Shown: positions 26,224-37,098 of the stretch, one piece after another
Position numbering within the stretch: position 1 is the first letter of the stretch
How the letters are laid out: each line of letters begins with the position of its first letter
Source: Candidatus Woesearchaeota archaeon
Lineage (GTDB): Archaea > Nanobdellota > Nanobdellia > Woesearchaeales > JABGUJ01
NCBI GenBank assembly: GCA_018646625.1
Contig: JABGUJ010000003.1
Span: forward strand, 228,509-292,508
DNA: 64,000 nucleotides
Direction: 5' to 3'
Notes under the pieces: model-generated
Databases searched by the model: none
Told to the model about the DNA's origin: nothing
Seen by the model: only the letters and a program-made list of their open reading frames with translations
Program-made: the position numbers and the translations under genes

Positions 26224-28842
26224 TTACTTGTTCTTCAAAGCTGCATGAGCTGCTGCAAGACGAGCTATTGGAACCCTAAACGGAGAACAGCTAACATAGT
26301 CTAATCCAACTCTATGACAGAAGTCAATAGAACTTGGCTCACCACCATGCTCACCACAAATTCCCAACTTGATATCAGGTCTTGAACTTTTACCTTTCTC
26401 AACAGCCATTTTAACCAATTGACCTACACCGGATTGATCAAGAGCTTGGAACGGATCATTCTCAAGTATATTTTGTTCAACATACTCAGGAACAAAAGAT
26501 CCAACATCATCTCTACTAAATCCAAAAGTCATTTGCGTTAAGTCGTTAGTTCCAAAACTGAAGAACTCTGCTTCTTTAGCTATATCATCAGCAGTCAAAG
26601 CACCTCTAGGAACTTCGATCATAGTACCAACCATATACTTCAGCTTAGTACCCTGCTCTTCCATAACTTTTTCAGCAGTCTCAACAACAATCTTCTTGTT
26701 GAAGACAAACTCGTTCATATGACCAACTAAAGGAATCATAACTTCGGGAACAATATCCTGACCGTCCTTAGCAAGCTCACATGCTGCTTCAAAAATAGCT
26801 CTAGTCTGCATCTCTGCAATCTCAGGATAAGTTACAACCAACCTACATCCTCTATGACCAAGCATAGGATTCAACTCATGTAAGCTATCAACTTTTTCCT
26901 TTAACTTTTCAAACGTTACACCCATCTCTTCCGCAAGACTTTTTATCTCAGCATCAGTGTGAGGCAAGAACTCGTGCAAAGGAGGATCTAGTAACCTAAT
27001 TGTTACAGGCAAACCCTTCATAACTTCAAAGATACCTTTGAAATCTCCTTTCTGCATTGGTAACAATTTAGCCAAAGCTTTCTTTCTACCTTCAACATCT
27101 TCAGATAGAATCATTTCTCTAACTGCTTTAACTCTATCACCTTCAAAGAACATGTGTTCAGTTCTACAAAGTCCAATACCTTCTGCTCCAAAGCCTTTTG
27201 CAACCTCAGAATCATGCGGAGTTTCTGCATTAGTTCTTATCTTAAGTGTTCTGAACTCGTCAGCCCAACCAATAAGTGTACCAAAAGAACCACTCAACTC
27301 AGGATCTTTTACAGGTATTTTATCTGCAAAAACTTCACCAGCACTACCATCCATAGTAATCCAATCACCTTCAGTAAAAGTTTTATCTTTAATCTGAAGC
27401 TTCTTCGAACTCTCATCAATAACTGCATCACTGCATCCACAAATACAACACTTACCCATACCTCTTGCAACAACAGCTGCGTGAGATGTCATACCACCTC
27501 TAGAAGTTAAGATACCTTGTGAAGCATTCATACCTTGGATATCTTCTGGACTTGTCTCAGTTCTAACTAAAACAACAGTCTCGCCAGCTTCAGCCATCTC
27601 ATGAGCTCTTTCTGCAGTAAATGCAATCTTACCAACAGCAGCACCAGGAGATGCGGGTAAACCTTTTGCGATAACTTCTGCTTTATCCTTTGCAATAGTA
27701 TCAAGTTGTTTATGCAACAATTGATTCAAAGCATTAGGATCGACTCTAAGCAATGCAGTTTCTTTATCGATAAGTCCTTCATCAACCATTTCAACAGCCA
27801 TTCTCACAGCAGCAGGAGCAGTTCTCTTACCACTTCTAGTTTGCAAAATGTAAAGTACACCGTCTTGAATAGTAAACTCCATATCTTGCATATCTTTGTA
27901 ATGCTTTTCCAGATCTTGATAAATCTTAACTAACTGTGCATAACACTCAGGCATTACTTCTTCTAACTGAGAAATTGGTTTAGGAGTTCTAATACCAGCA
28001 ACAACATCTTCTCCTTGAGCATTCATTAAATACTCACCATAGAAAACATTCTCACCTGTTGAAGGATCTCTTGTAAAGCAAACACCAGTACCAGATGTCT
28101 CACCCATATTACCAAAGACCATTGCTTGAACATTCACAGCAGTACCTACAAGACCTTTAATGTCGTTCAGTTTTCTGTAAGTGATTGCTCTCTTGTTATT
28201 CCATGAACTAAATACCGCATCAATAGATAACTTAAGTTGCTCAAATGGATCTTCAGGAAACATTTTACCTGCACTTTCCTGAACAACTTTCTTGTACTCA
28301 GAGATAACTTCTCTAAGATCTTCAGCAGTCAAATCAGTATCAAACTCAACACCTTTAGTTTCTTTAACTTTCTCCAATGCATTCTCAAAATCATGATGAG
28401 CAACACCCATTACAACATCTCCAAACATTTGGATAAATCTTCTATAACTATCTAAAGCAAATCTTTCATTGCCCGTCTTATCAATTAAGTTTTGAACAGT
28501 TTTATCATTAAGACCTAAGTTCAATACAGTATCCATCATTCCTGGCATAGAAACAGCTGCGCCAGATCTAACTGATAATAAAAGAGGATTCTCGCCACCT
28601 AAAACAGCACCCATCTTCTCTTCAACTTTTTTTACATGTTCTCTTACTTCTTCAAATACGCCCTCAGGATATTTCTGTCCCAATTCGTAATATTTTGCAC
28701 AAGCTTCAGTAGTCACTGTAAATCCAGGCGGAACTGGAATACCCAATGTAGTCATTTCTGCTAAATTCGCGCCCTTGCCACCAAGAAGCTTTTTCATAGA
28801 TTTATCTCCTTCATCAAAGGAGTACACATACTTTTCTGTCAT
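26224..28842 (-). CDS. ppdK: Pyruvate, phosphate dikinase
   Basis: LLGGKGANLAEM, SVRSGA, GGMTSHAAVVARG phospho-His, GIGLCRTEHMF, GICGEHGG. Confidence 0.98.
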   Translation of the reverse strand: MTEKYVYSFDEGDKSMKKLLGGKGANLAEMTTLGIPVPPGFTVTTEACAKYYELGQKYPEGVFEEVREHVKKVEEKMGAVLGGENPLLLSVRSGAAVSMPGMMDTVLNLGLNDKTVQNLIDKTGNERFALDSYRRFIQMFGDVVMGVAHHDFENALEKVKETKGVEFDTDLTAEDLREVISEYKKVVQESAGKMFPEDPFEQLKLSIDAVFSSWNNKRAITYRKLNDIKGLVGTAVNVQAMVFGNMGETSGTGVCFTRDPSTGENVFYGEYLMNAQGEDVVAGIRTPKPISQLEEVMPECYAQLVKIYQDLEKHYKDMQDMEFTIQDGVLYILQTRSGKRTAPAAVRMAVEMVDEGLIDKETALLRVDPNALNQLLHKQLDTIAKDKAEVIAKGLPASPGAAVGKIAFTAERAHEMAEAGETVVLVRTETSPEDIQGMNASQGILTSRGGMTSHAAVVARGMGKCCICGCSDAVIDESSKKLQIKDKTFTEGDWITMDGSAGEVFADKIPVKDPELSGSFGTLIGWADEFRTLKIRTNAETPHDSEVAKGFGAEGIGLCRTEHMFFEGDRVKAVREMILSEDVEGRKKALAKLLPMQKGDFKGIFEVMKGLPVTIRLLDPPLHEFLPHTDAEIKSLAEEMGVTFEKLKEKVDSLHELNPMLGHRGCRLVVTYPEIAEMQTRAIFEAACELAKDGQDIVPEVMIPLVGHMNEFVFNKKIVVETAEKVMEEQGTKLKYMVGTMIEVPRGALTADDIAKEAEFFSFGTNDLTQMTFGFSRDDVGSFVPEYVEQNILENDPFQALDQSGVGQLVKMAVEKGKSSRPDIKLGICGEHGGEPSSIDFCHRVGLDYVSCSPFRVPIARLAAAHAALKNK

Positions 28843-29004
28843 GTCTTCAACACCTCGTACTTGCTGATTTTGATCGTTTAAGAGGCTCTAATGAGCCATC
28901 TACACTGCCGCGAGATTCGGAGAGATATATAAAACTTTGCACAACAGAAACGCAGAATTTACGGACTAGAGAAGCTATAAAGAAAAAAGAAAAAGAAAAA
29001 ACAA

Positions 29005-29673
29005 CTAACTTTCAGATCTACAAAGAGATTGCAAAGCATCCATTTGCATATCAAGTTGAACCCACTCAAGTACAGCCAGATCCAGATCTTCCCTTTGTTC
29101 TAGAACATCCATTAACTCTCTTTCAATGTTAGGCTCAGGTGCACCAGAAGCAACTTTTTCCTGATACTCATCAGTTTCTTCTTCAACCGAAGCATATTCT
29201 TGACCAACTTCTTCCGTGGCCTCATCAAGTTCTTCAACTAAAGGTTCAACAACCTCTATAACACAAAACTGACTACAAGCAGATTTTAGATCAACAAGGG
29301 CATCATTAAAATCATCAATGTTTTGATCCTCATTATCAACATCTTTCTGCAACATAGAATATTCTTCATTCAAACTTTCAAGAAGGATTTCATCATCTTG
29401 CACAGCTTCAATATCGCCTTGTATTTCACTCTGCATAAACAAAGCTGTAGCCAGATCTCTATACGAATCTACCAGATCCGACTTAAGATCATTTAATTCT
29501 TCTGAACATTCTTCCAAAGTATAATCTTGATAAATATTATCCACAACGAGCTCGGGCTCATCCATTACAACTGGATCAACCGGAGCAACATCAGAATCTG
29601 CTACTTGTTCTGCTTGACATCCTAAAAAAAGAACCAAACTGAACAAAATCAACATAAAAACAGCCAATCTCAT
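29005..29673 (-). CDS. Acidic helical lipoprotein, hypothetical
   Basis: Start MRLAVFML at 29673 behind SD GAGGTGA; lipobox FLGC; D/E-rich coiled coil. Confidence 0.65.
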   Translation of the reverse strand: MRLAVFMLILFSLVLFLGCQAEQVADSDVAPVDPVVMDEPELVVDNIYQDYTLEECSEELNDLKSDLVDSYRDLATALFMQSEIQGDIEAVQDDEILLESLNEEYSMLQKDVDNEDQNIDDFNDALVDLKSACSQFCVIEVVEPLVEELDEATEEVGQEYASVEEETDEYQEKVASGAPEPNIERELMDVLEQREDLDLAVLEWVQLDMQMDALQSLCRSES

Positions 29674-29735
29674 ACTACTCACCTCACAAGAAGGCAAGCC
29701 AAGAGAATATTTAAACTTTATCTAAAAAACCAAAC

Positions 29736-30344
29736 CTACTCGGCCAATAAAGAATCAATTTTAGCAGTTATAGCATCATATTCCCAGTCATCAAATACCT
29801 CCCCGTTAATAAACAAAGAAGGAGTTCCTCCTACACCCATATCAATACCTAAATCATAATCCGCTTGCACAAATTTATCTTTAAGTTCTGATCTCATACA
29901 CTCTTTGAATAAAGGCACATCCAACTCTACCCATTCAGCAATCTCAGAAACTTTTTTAGAATTCATAGAATCTTGTAATTCAAAAGCAACATCAATATAT
30001 TCCCAAAACTTTCCTTGGTCATTAGCACACTCTGCAGCTTGCGCCAAATCACGTGCATGATCATGATAAGACAAAGGAAAATGATGAAACGCAATTCCTA
30101 TTCTATCACCATATTGTTCAGCTAAATCATGAATCACATCATGCGCCTTTGCACAAAATGGACACTGCATATCAGAAAACTCAACCAACTGCACCGCAGC
30201 ATCAGAATTACCCAAATAAGCTTTAGGAGTTTCGACATCAGGGTAATCAGATTGAGAAATAAACTTCAAAACAAAGAAAAAAAAAAGAATAAGAACCACC
30301 ACACCAAAAGATAAATGTAAAGTTCTTTTCTTAACTTTCATCAA
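29736..30344 (-). CDS. DsbA-family thiol-disulfide oxidoreductase, membrane-anchored
   Basis: EFSDMQCPFC, HHFPL, AAECANDQGKFW, GVGGTPS. Confidence 0.9.
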   Translation of the reverse strand: MMKVKKRTLHLSFGVVVLILFFFFVLKFISQSDYPDVETPKAYLGNSDAAVQLVEFSDMQCPFCAKAHDVIHDLAEQYGDRIGIAFHHFPLSYHDHARDLAQAAECANDQGKFWEYIDVAFELQDSMNSKKVSEIAEWVELDVPLFKECMRSELKDKFVQADYDLGIDMGVGGTPSLFINGEVFDDWEYDAITAKIDSLLAE

Positions 30345-31062
30345 CTACCTCATCAAGAACTGGAGGTTGAACATCATTAGCATATTGCATTGAAGCCATC
30401 CTACCTAACTCTTGATCGATCACTTGCGAAAATGCTTCAAACGGAGCTGCTCCAGGAACTAACTGTCCGTTAATAATAAACGAAGGAGTTCCTCTAACAC
30501 CTGCTGCCGCACCTTCTTTGAAGTCTTGCTGAACCAGGATTGACTTAACACCAGTATTAAGACAAAGACTAAACGTATCAACATCTAATCCCAATCCTGA
30601 AGCATACCCAATAAGAGAATCAACAGCCAAATCATCAGCATTCATGAACATAACATCATGCATTTCCCAAAACATGCCTTGATCTCTCGCACATTCAGCT
30701 GCTTCTGCCGCCTTCTTGGCTTTCTTATGATAGCTCATAGGAAAGTGCTTAAAGACTATATTTACTTGATCACCATAAGCATCATGAATTTGTTTTACAA
30801 CACCCACCGCTTTAGAACAGTAAGGACATTCAAAGTCCGAGAATTCTAAAATAGTAAGTGACGCACCAGGACTTGTACCCTGATCTAATCTTGAAAAGAT
30901 CACATCACCTGCACTCTTAGACATTTTAACTGAATCATTGATCTTTAAACCTGGAAAAACACTTCCAACATTCATTAAAAACCAACTTATGAAAATAATT
31001 GCAACCACTGCTAGAATAGGATAAAGATAATTTGTTTTCTTAACGTTTTTTTTCTTAGACAT
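30331..31062 (-). CDS. DsbA-family thiol-disulfide oxidoreductase, membrane-anchored
   Basis: EFSDFECPYC, KHFPM, AAECARDQGMFW, GVRGTPS. Confidence 0.9.
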   Translation of the reverse strand: MSKKKNVKKTNYLYPILAVVAIIFISWFLMNVGSVFPGLKINDSVKMSKSAGDVIFSRLDQGTSPGASLTILEFSDFECPYCSKAVGVVKQIHDAYGDQVNIVFKHFPMSYHKKAKKAAEAAECARDQGMFWEMHDVMFMNADDLAVDSLIGYASGLGLDVDTFSLCLNTGVKSILVQQDFKEGAAAGVRGTPSFIINGQLVPGAAPFEAFSQVIDQELGRMASMQYANDVQPPVLDEVVDES

Positions 31063-31116
31063 CCTTACACCCCTCGATAAAAAATAATGAAAAAAATGAA
31101 AATAAAAAAGAAAAAA

Positions 31117-32868
31117 TTAAGCACCACAACCGCCGCCTTGTGGAGCAGCAGACGCTTCAGTTAAAGTTTCATCGCACCCTGCTAATCCAGGATTTGAAGA
31201 ACAAACTGATTGCTTAATTGCTTCAGCAGGCTGTGCACCACCAAGAGTTTTCTTGTTGTTCACAACAAATGTTGGAGAACCACCAATACCTCTTGAGTTT
31301 GCTTCCTTGATGTTTTCTCTAAATAGAGCAGTACCTTCGTCTCCGTCAGCACAAGTTCTAATTGTTTCAACATCTAGGCCATTATCTGCAGCACATCCTT
31401 CCCAGTTAGCTTCAACAGCACCTATATCTTCAGCTTGACATAGTACATAATCAAAATATGTATCTGGATAATGCTCCATAGCACAAACTTGCCTTATATT
31501 TTCATCCACTTCTGGTTGACCGTGTAATGAACTAAATGTTCCGTCACCTGCATCGTTTGCAATGAAATAAAGTTCAAAATCGATGTTATCGCCAATTGCA
31601 GCAAGGACTTCATCCATTGCTTTAACTGCCAAAGAACCGTATGGACATTGACTCATTACAAATAACTTAAGGTTATTTGGAACTGCCTCAATAGTTGGAT
31701 CATAGTTCGCACCAACAGCATCAGGCAAGATATAATACATGTCATCAGCTTCTGCAAACACTTCTCCTACTTGATCAAATCTAGCCGCATCAGAAACGCC
31801 GCCATCAAAGACATAAAGTGGCAATAGACTTACACCAGTTTTAGCAAGCAAAGATTTTGCTTCAGCTTCACTGTAGTCAACTTCATTAATTTTCAAATTA
31901 GGGAACAATTGCTTAGTTACCTGAAGAACTCTTGAAGTGTCACAAGTATCGCACTCTTTATCGTTTACGATAGTCATAGTTACTTCAATGTCTGGAGTAT
32001 AAGCACATTTAGAATCCGCATTACCAGGATTCTCACAAACTCCAATCATAGTAGGTTCTGCAGTACAATCTGCATCACTTCCACATTCTGGAATTGACTC
32101 ACACTCAGCGTGTTCAACTAATGCACAAATTGCTCTTTGAAATGATATTGCATCTCTTCCACCTTTGTAAGGTTGATCAGCAATAAAAATTGTTGGAGAA
32201 CCTTGAGCATTTCTATCTTGAGCTCTCTTAAGTGAAGCTCTTAATAGATCCTTACCCTCATCACCTTCAAAACAAGTTGCAATTGCATCAGCATCCGAAC
32301 TAGTGCTTTCTGCACAACCTTTCCAGTTAGTATTTACATTTCCTGCGTCAGCATTTTGACACTCTAAGAAATCTAAAAACTGTTCAGGTGAATGTTTCAT
32401 GGCACAAAGCTGAGCAATGTTACCATCAGTTTCAGGCTGACCGTGCAACGACTTAAAAGTACCGTCACCATTGTCAGTCACAATATAATCAAGATGAAAA
32501 TCTACAACATCTCCCATCTTTCTTAAAACAGGAATAATTGCATCCTCTACTTGAGTTCCATAAGGACACTGACTCATTACGTAAAATTCTAACCGAGCCA
32601 TACCTTCTGGTGTTTCTTCATATGTTGCAAATGAAGAATCAGAAGCTGGAGTTACAGTTACGTCTCCAGATGATGTTTCTACCTCATCATCACATGAATA
32701 TAATCCGAACCCTCCTGTGAACAAAGAAATTACCAATAAGATAGCAAGAACAATTGTTGCAATCTTCCAAGAATTAGTGCCAGAGCACTTCTTTGCCTTA
32801 GAATGAGTTTTTTTTGTCTCAGAACTAGAATGAGACTTTTTTTTAGATGTATTTGACTTATGTTTCAT
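31117..32868 (-). CDS. Membrane-anchored multi-thioredoxin protein with two GILT/DsbA-like domains
   Basis: Duplicated VMSQCPYG...SLHGQPE...N..Q.CAM...GSPT units; central CDTC domain. Confidence 0.75.
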   Translation of the reverse strand: MKHKSNTSKKKSHSSSETKKTHSKAKKCSGTNSWKIATIVLAILLVISLFTGGFGLYSCDDEVETSSGDVTVTPASDSSFATYEETPEGMARLEFYVMSQCPYGTQVEDAIIPVLRKMGDVVDFHLDYIVTDNGDGTFKSLHGQPETDGNIAQLCAMKHSPEQFLDFLECQNADAGNVNTNWKGCAESTSSDADAIATCFEGDEGKDLLRASLKRAQDRNAQGSPTIFIADQPYKGGRDAISFQRAICALVEHAECESIPECGSDADCTAEPTMIGVCENPGNADSKCAYTPDIEVTMTIVNDKECDTCDTSRVLQVTKQLFPNLKINEVDYSEAEAKSLLAKTGVSLLPLYVFDGGVSDAARFDQVGEVFAEADDMYYILPDAVGANYDPTIEAVPNNLKLFVMSQCPYGSLAVKAMDEVLAAIGDNIDFELYFIANDAGDGTFSSLHGQPEVDENIRQVCAMEHYPDTYFDYVLCQAEDIGAVEANWEGCAADNGLDVETIRTCADGDEGTALFRENIKEANSRGIGGSPTFVVNNKKTLGGAQPAEAIKQSVCSSNPGLAGCDETLTEASAAPQGGGCGA

Positions 32869-32972
32869 TCGTCAACCCCCTCTTTATTTCGTTATAATGA
32901 ATTAAGTGATAACTCCCCTAAGAGCTTTATAAATCTTTTGGTTAACTGTAAGAATTAACACGGGCAAGACGT

Positions 32973-33347
32973 TTAAGAAGATATATCTATAACACCAGGA
33001 AGAGCATAAACTTCAAACCGATCATAATTCTCAGCAATAACAAGATGAACTTCTGGTTCTAAATCTGCATCAAACACAAACAATCTAGACAACCTACCAT
33101 CAAAACCCGTAGCCCCCCTAAAAGCATCAGACCAATTCCTTAGAGCAATGCCTTCACCATAAGAAACAGGATCAACTTGATGCTCTTCAACCCACCGTTC
33201 CAATTCACCAGCTTCAAAAACAAAACCCGCAGTATTATTTCCATGATCATAGAACAAGCCAAGGCGAACATAACCATTAGAATCTAAATAATCTTTATTT
33301 TGATCTCGCATAGGGCTGGCATTATAATGCAATATTCTAAAAGTCAT
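32973..33347 (-). CDS. Hypothetical protein
   Basis: 124-aa ORF immediately downstream of srp54 on the same strand. Confidence 0.55.
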   Translation of the reverse strand: MTFRILHYNASPMRDQNKDYLDSNGYVRLGLFYDHGNNTAGFVFEAGELERWVEEHQVDPVSYGEGIALRNWSDAFRGATGFDGRLSRLFVFDADLEPEVHLVIAENYDRFEVYALPGVIDISS

Positions 33348-33356
33348 TTTACAGAA

Positions 33357-34742
33357 CTAAAACTTAGGTGTGCCGCCACCCATCATACCTTTCATACCGC
33401 CCATTCGTTTCATCATTTTATCCATAGACTTAGCATCGCCGCCCGCACCCATGCCTTTCATCATCTTGACCATCTTTTTACTTTGTTTATACTGCTTCAA
33501 CAAATCTCTAATCTCGCCAGGACCTCTACCAGATCCTGCAGAAATTCTTTCAATACGTGAACGATCAAGCAAATCAGGATTTTCCAATTCCTCTTTAGTA
33601 CAAGAATCCATAATAAATCTCCAAGTCTTCAGTTTACCTTCTTGAACAGAAATCATATCTTTAGGCAATTTCAATTGGCCCATACCTGGAACCATTTCCA
33701 AAACTTTACCTAGTGGACCCATTTTACCCATAGCACTCATTTGATCATACAAATCAATTAAATTAAATTTACCACTCAACAACTTCTTACCCATATCTTG
33801 AGCGTCTTCTTCAGTAATAGCTTCTTTTGCTTTTTCTAACAAAGCTTCAATGTCACCCATACCCAACAAACGACCTACAAAGTTTTGTGGTTTGAATTTC
33901 TCAAAATCATCAACCTTCTCTCCAACTCCAACAAATTTAACCTTTGCACCAGTAACAGAACACGCAATCAAAGCACCACCACCTTTAGCAGTACCATCTA
34001 ATTTAGTAATCACAACCCCGGTAACTCCACAAGTTTCGTGGAAAGCCCTTGCTTGTTTCTCAGCACCCTGTCCAACATCCGCAGCAATAACTAATAATTT
34101 CTCATCGGCCGCAACTGCTTTATGAATATCATCTAACTCAGTGATTAACTCGTCACTTAACGCATCTCTACCCGCAGTATCAACTATTACTAAATCAAAC
34201 TTAGACAGTTCTTTCTCAAACTGTTTATACACATCAACAGGATTCTTTGCTTCAGGATTACCAAACACAGGAACATTAATAGTCGCACCAATTTGCTTTA
34301 ATTGTTCATAAGCTGCAGGTCTCCAAGTATCAGTAGATATCATAGCAACCTTAATACCACGTTTAGCATAGAATTTGGCAAGTTTTCCAGAAGTAGTGGT
34401 TTTACCATTTCCAAACAAACCAACAAGCATAATCTTAAACGGTTTTTTATCTTCAATTCTAACTTGTCCTTCTTCCGCACCTAAGAACTCAACTAATTTT
34501 TCATAAACAATCTTCACCAACCATTCTTTTTTACTCATTCCGGCCGGAGGCTGATCTTTTAGAAACGTATCTTTAATTTTTTTAGTCAACTCAAAAACTA
34601 ATTTAACATTACAATCACTCTGTAAAAGAGCTCTTTGGATATCCTTAACCAACTCATTCAAGAGCTTTTCATCTACAAACATCGCCCCAGTTATCTTAGA
34701 GAGCGTATTTCTCAATGAACTACCCAAATTATCTAATACCAT
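33357..34742 (-). CDS. srp54: Signal recognition particle protein SRP54
   Basis: MVLDNLG start, GLFGNGKTTT, DTAGR, TKLDGTAKGGG, Met-rich M domain. Confidence 0.97.
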   Translation of the reverse strand: MVLDNLGSSLRNTLSKITGAMFVDEKLLNELVKDIQRALLQSDCNVKLVFELTKKIKDTFLKDQPPAGMSKKEWLVKIVYEKLVEFLGAEEGQVRIEDKKPFKIMLVGLFGNGKTTTSGKLAKFYAKRGIKVAMISTDTWRPAAYEQLKQIGATINVPVFGNPEAKNPVDVYKQFEKELSKFDLVIVDTAGRDALSDELITELDDIHKAVAADEKLLVIAADVGQGAEKQARAFHETCGVTGVVITKLDGTAKGGGALIACSVTGAKVKFVGVGEKVDDFEKFKPQNFVGRLLGMGDIEALLEKAKEAITEEDAQDMGKKLLSGKFNLIDLYDQMSAMGKMGPLGKVLEMVPGMGQLKLPKDMISVQEGKLKTWRFIMDSCTKEELENPDLLDRSRIERISAGSGRGPGEIRDLLKQYKQSKKMVKMMKGMGAGGDAKSMDKMMKRMGGMKGMMGGGTPKF

Positions 34743-34851
34743 CGTAGCTCGAAAGCACAAACTTCATTTATATATATTTCCCAAAAAGAACCCAAGATTC
34801 ACTGATTAATGCTCAATTAACTATTTAAACTGAAATCAAGTATTTAAATGC

Positions 34852-35844
34852 ATGCCAGGGCCTGAGAGACATGTTGTAGAAGCAAAGAACGTTTCTAAAT
34901 CTATTAACGGTAAAAAGATCATAGAAGACATAAACATTAATGTAAAGCAAGGAGAAGTATATGGCATAGTTGGCGCTAGTGGCTCAGGAAGAACTATTCT
35001 TTTAGAAATCATTCAAGGCTTTACAGAAAGCGATACAGGTACAATCCACATAACTCCATATTCAGAACTAGCCCAAAACATTCCAAAAAGAATTAAAGTA
35101 AAAAAAACAAATTTAGAATGTAGAAAACTTATCGGATTCTCATCACAAAAACCATCTTTCTATGAAAATCTCACCGTTGAAGAAAATTTCAATTATTTTG
35201 GAAGACTTTACAACATGAGTGAAGCACATCTTGAACAAAGAATAAGACATTTGTGCAAAGTATGTTCTCTAGAAAACTTAAGGATGAGTGAAGCAGGAGA
35301 ATTACCAATGACCGCACAGCGAAGATTTGATATTGCTCTTGCACTATTACATGAACCCGAAGTATTAATTCTAGATGAACCTGCCGCTGACCTAGACGTC
35401 GCATACAGAGAATACATATACAAACTCATCAACAGAATAAATGCACTAGGCACAACAGTAATCATCGGCACCCATTTCCTTAATGAGCTAGATATTCTTT
35501 GCCACAGAATTGGCATTTTGCACAATAAAAGAATAATCGCAGAAGGTCCAGTAAAAGAAGTGATAAGAAGATACGGTGATGAAAAGAAGATAACATTAAT
35601 CACAGAAAATGCGTTCTATCAATCCATACTTGAAGCACTTGATAAAGACAAACTCAAAATACTATCAATATCAAAAAGAAATGAACAACTAATAATAAAA
35701 ACCACAGAAGCCCATAAAACACTGAGGGATCTTATTACGATCATTGATAAAAACAACGAAAACATCATCAGTTTAACAGTCGAAGAACCAGGACTAAGCG
35801 AAGTGTTCTTCAGATTAGCAGAAGGAAAACAAGCAAAACAATAA
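34852..35844 (+). CDS. ABC-2-type exporter ATP-binding subunit with divergent motifs
   Basis: GASGSGRT Walker A, ILDEP Walker B, H-loop GTH; signature region reads LPMTAQRR. Confidence 0.85.
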   Translation: MPGPERHVVEAKNVSKSINGKKIIEDININVKQGEVYGIVGASGSGRTILLEIIQGFTESDTGTIHITPYSELAQNIPKRIKVKKTNLECRKLIGFSSQKPSFYENLTVEENFNYFGRLYNMSEAHLEQRIRHLCKVCSLENLRMSEAGELPMTAQRRFDIALALLHEPEVLILDEPAADLDVAYREYIYKLINRINALGTTVIIGTHFLNELDILCHRIGILHNKRIIAEGPVKEVIRRYGDEKKITLITENAFYQSILEALDKDKLKILSISKRNEQLIIKTTEAHKTLRDLITIIDKNNENIISLTVEEPGLSEVFFRLAEGKQAKQ

Positions 35845-35845
35845 A

Positions 35846-37096
35846 ATGGCAAAACTAGTCACCATAATTCAAAAGAATTTTCATCAATTCATTAAACTAA
35901 AACATTCTAGCATCGTGACTATTGCCGCACCGTTACTAGCGGTATTATTAGCCATCGTACTCATAACCCAAAACACCAACATAATCAAAGTAAGTTATTT
36001 CTCGCCAGATGATATTACAGAAGAAAGTGAGTTGTACAATTCACTAAATCAAGGAAACTTTGTCCTGCTCGAAACAGAATCTGCAGCCAGCTGCACCACC
36101 CAAGTAAGAGAAGGTAAAACAAATGGTTGTGCAGTAATATCTCAAACCAGTACCGCGTCAGACATTGACATATACGTAACCCAACCTAATCGACATATAT
36201 CAAATGAAGTAGAAGAACTAGATTTTCCAGAAAACACAGTAATAACGCCGCACATACTTGAAATAAAATACTTAGCCAACAGTTTATTCACCATTATTCT
36301 AATCTTAATCATAATGTTATCTTCAGTGCTACTAAGCTCAACATTCGTAATCGCAGAAAAGAAATCTGCAGCATACTTCAGAAGCCACATAACTCCAACT
36401 AGAGACTATACATTTATCGTAGCAAGATTTCTAACCACTCTTATAATAGTTACAATCATCGCGGCCGTTGTTCTCGTAACTCTCTCATCTTTATTTCAAA
36501 TCAACATCATGTCAAGCTTCTTTGCGATAACAATAACCATTCTTCTTATCGCAAGTGTCTACACATTAATCGGGATACTCTTAGGAAATATTTTTGTTTC
36601 AACAGAAGTAAACATCTTATTCCTAGTAATTGTAAGCTTCATTTCAATGCTATTCTCAAGAACAATATTAACCTTCAAAGAAGAAAGCATAATGAATTAT
36701 TTCATCCTAGTCAACCCATACGAAATTGGCACATACATTCTGAACAAAACATTATACACTCAAATACATTGGACAACCTTAGCATATAATTGGTTACTAC
36801 TAATCGTATACTGTTTAGTATTGTTCATAATAACATTCAAAGTACAATCATCATTAAGATTTTCCACATTATTCAAAATTCACAAAGAAAAATACCACAG
36901 AATAAGACAAAAGTTTGAAGAAGAAATAATTGGAGTGCGTAACATCCACCTTAAAGAAGTCTTCAAGAGAAATGAACCTACCGATGTAGATAAAATAGAA
37001 AAACACCACAGATCATTGTTAAAAAAGTTAATCCATAAAAGCAAAATGAAACAAACAATACAAAGCGAGATAAAAGAAATCAACAAACAAAGTTAA
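35846..37096 (+). CDS. ABC-2-type exporter permease
   Basis: N-terminal TM, extracellular loop, EKK...R...TP motif, several C-terminal TM helices. Confidence 0.8.
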   Translation: MAKLVTIIQKNFHQFIKLKHSSIVTIAAPLLAVLLAIVLITQNTNIIKVSYFSPDDITEESELYNSLNQGNFVLLETESAASCTTQVREGKTNGCAVISQTSTASDIDIYVTQPNRHISNEVEELDFPENTVITPHILEIKYLANSLFTIILILIIMLSSVLLSSTFVIAEKKSAAYFRSHITPTRDYTFIVARFLTTLIIVTIIAAVVLVTLSSLFQINIMSSFFAITITILLIASVYTLIGILLGNIFVSTEVNILFLVIVSFISMLFSRTILTFKEESIMNYFILVNPYEIGTYILNKTLYTQIHWTTLAYNWLLLIVYCLVLFIITFKVQSSLRFSTLFKIHKEKYHRIRQKFEEEIIGVRNIHLKEVFKRNEPTDVDKIEKHHRSLLKKLIHKSKMKQTIQSEIKEINKQS

Positions 37097-37098
37097 TT

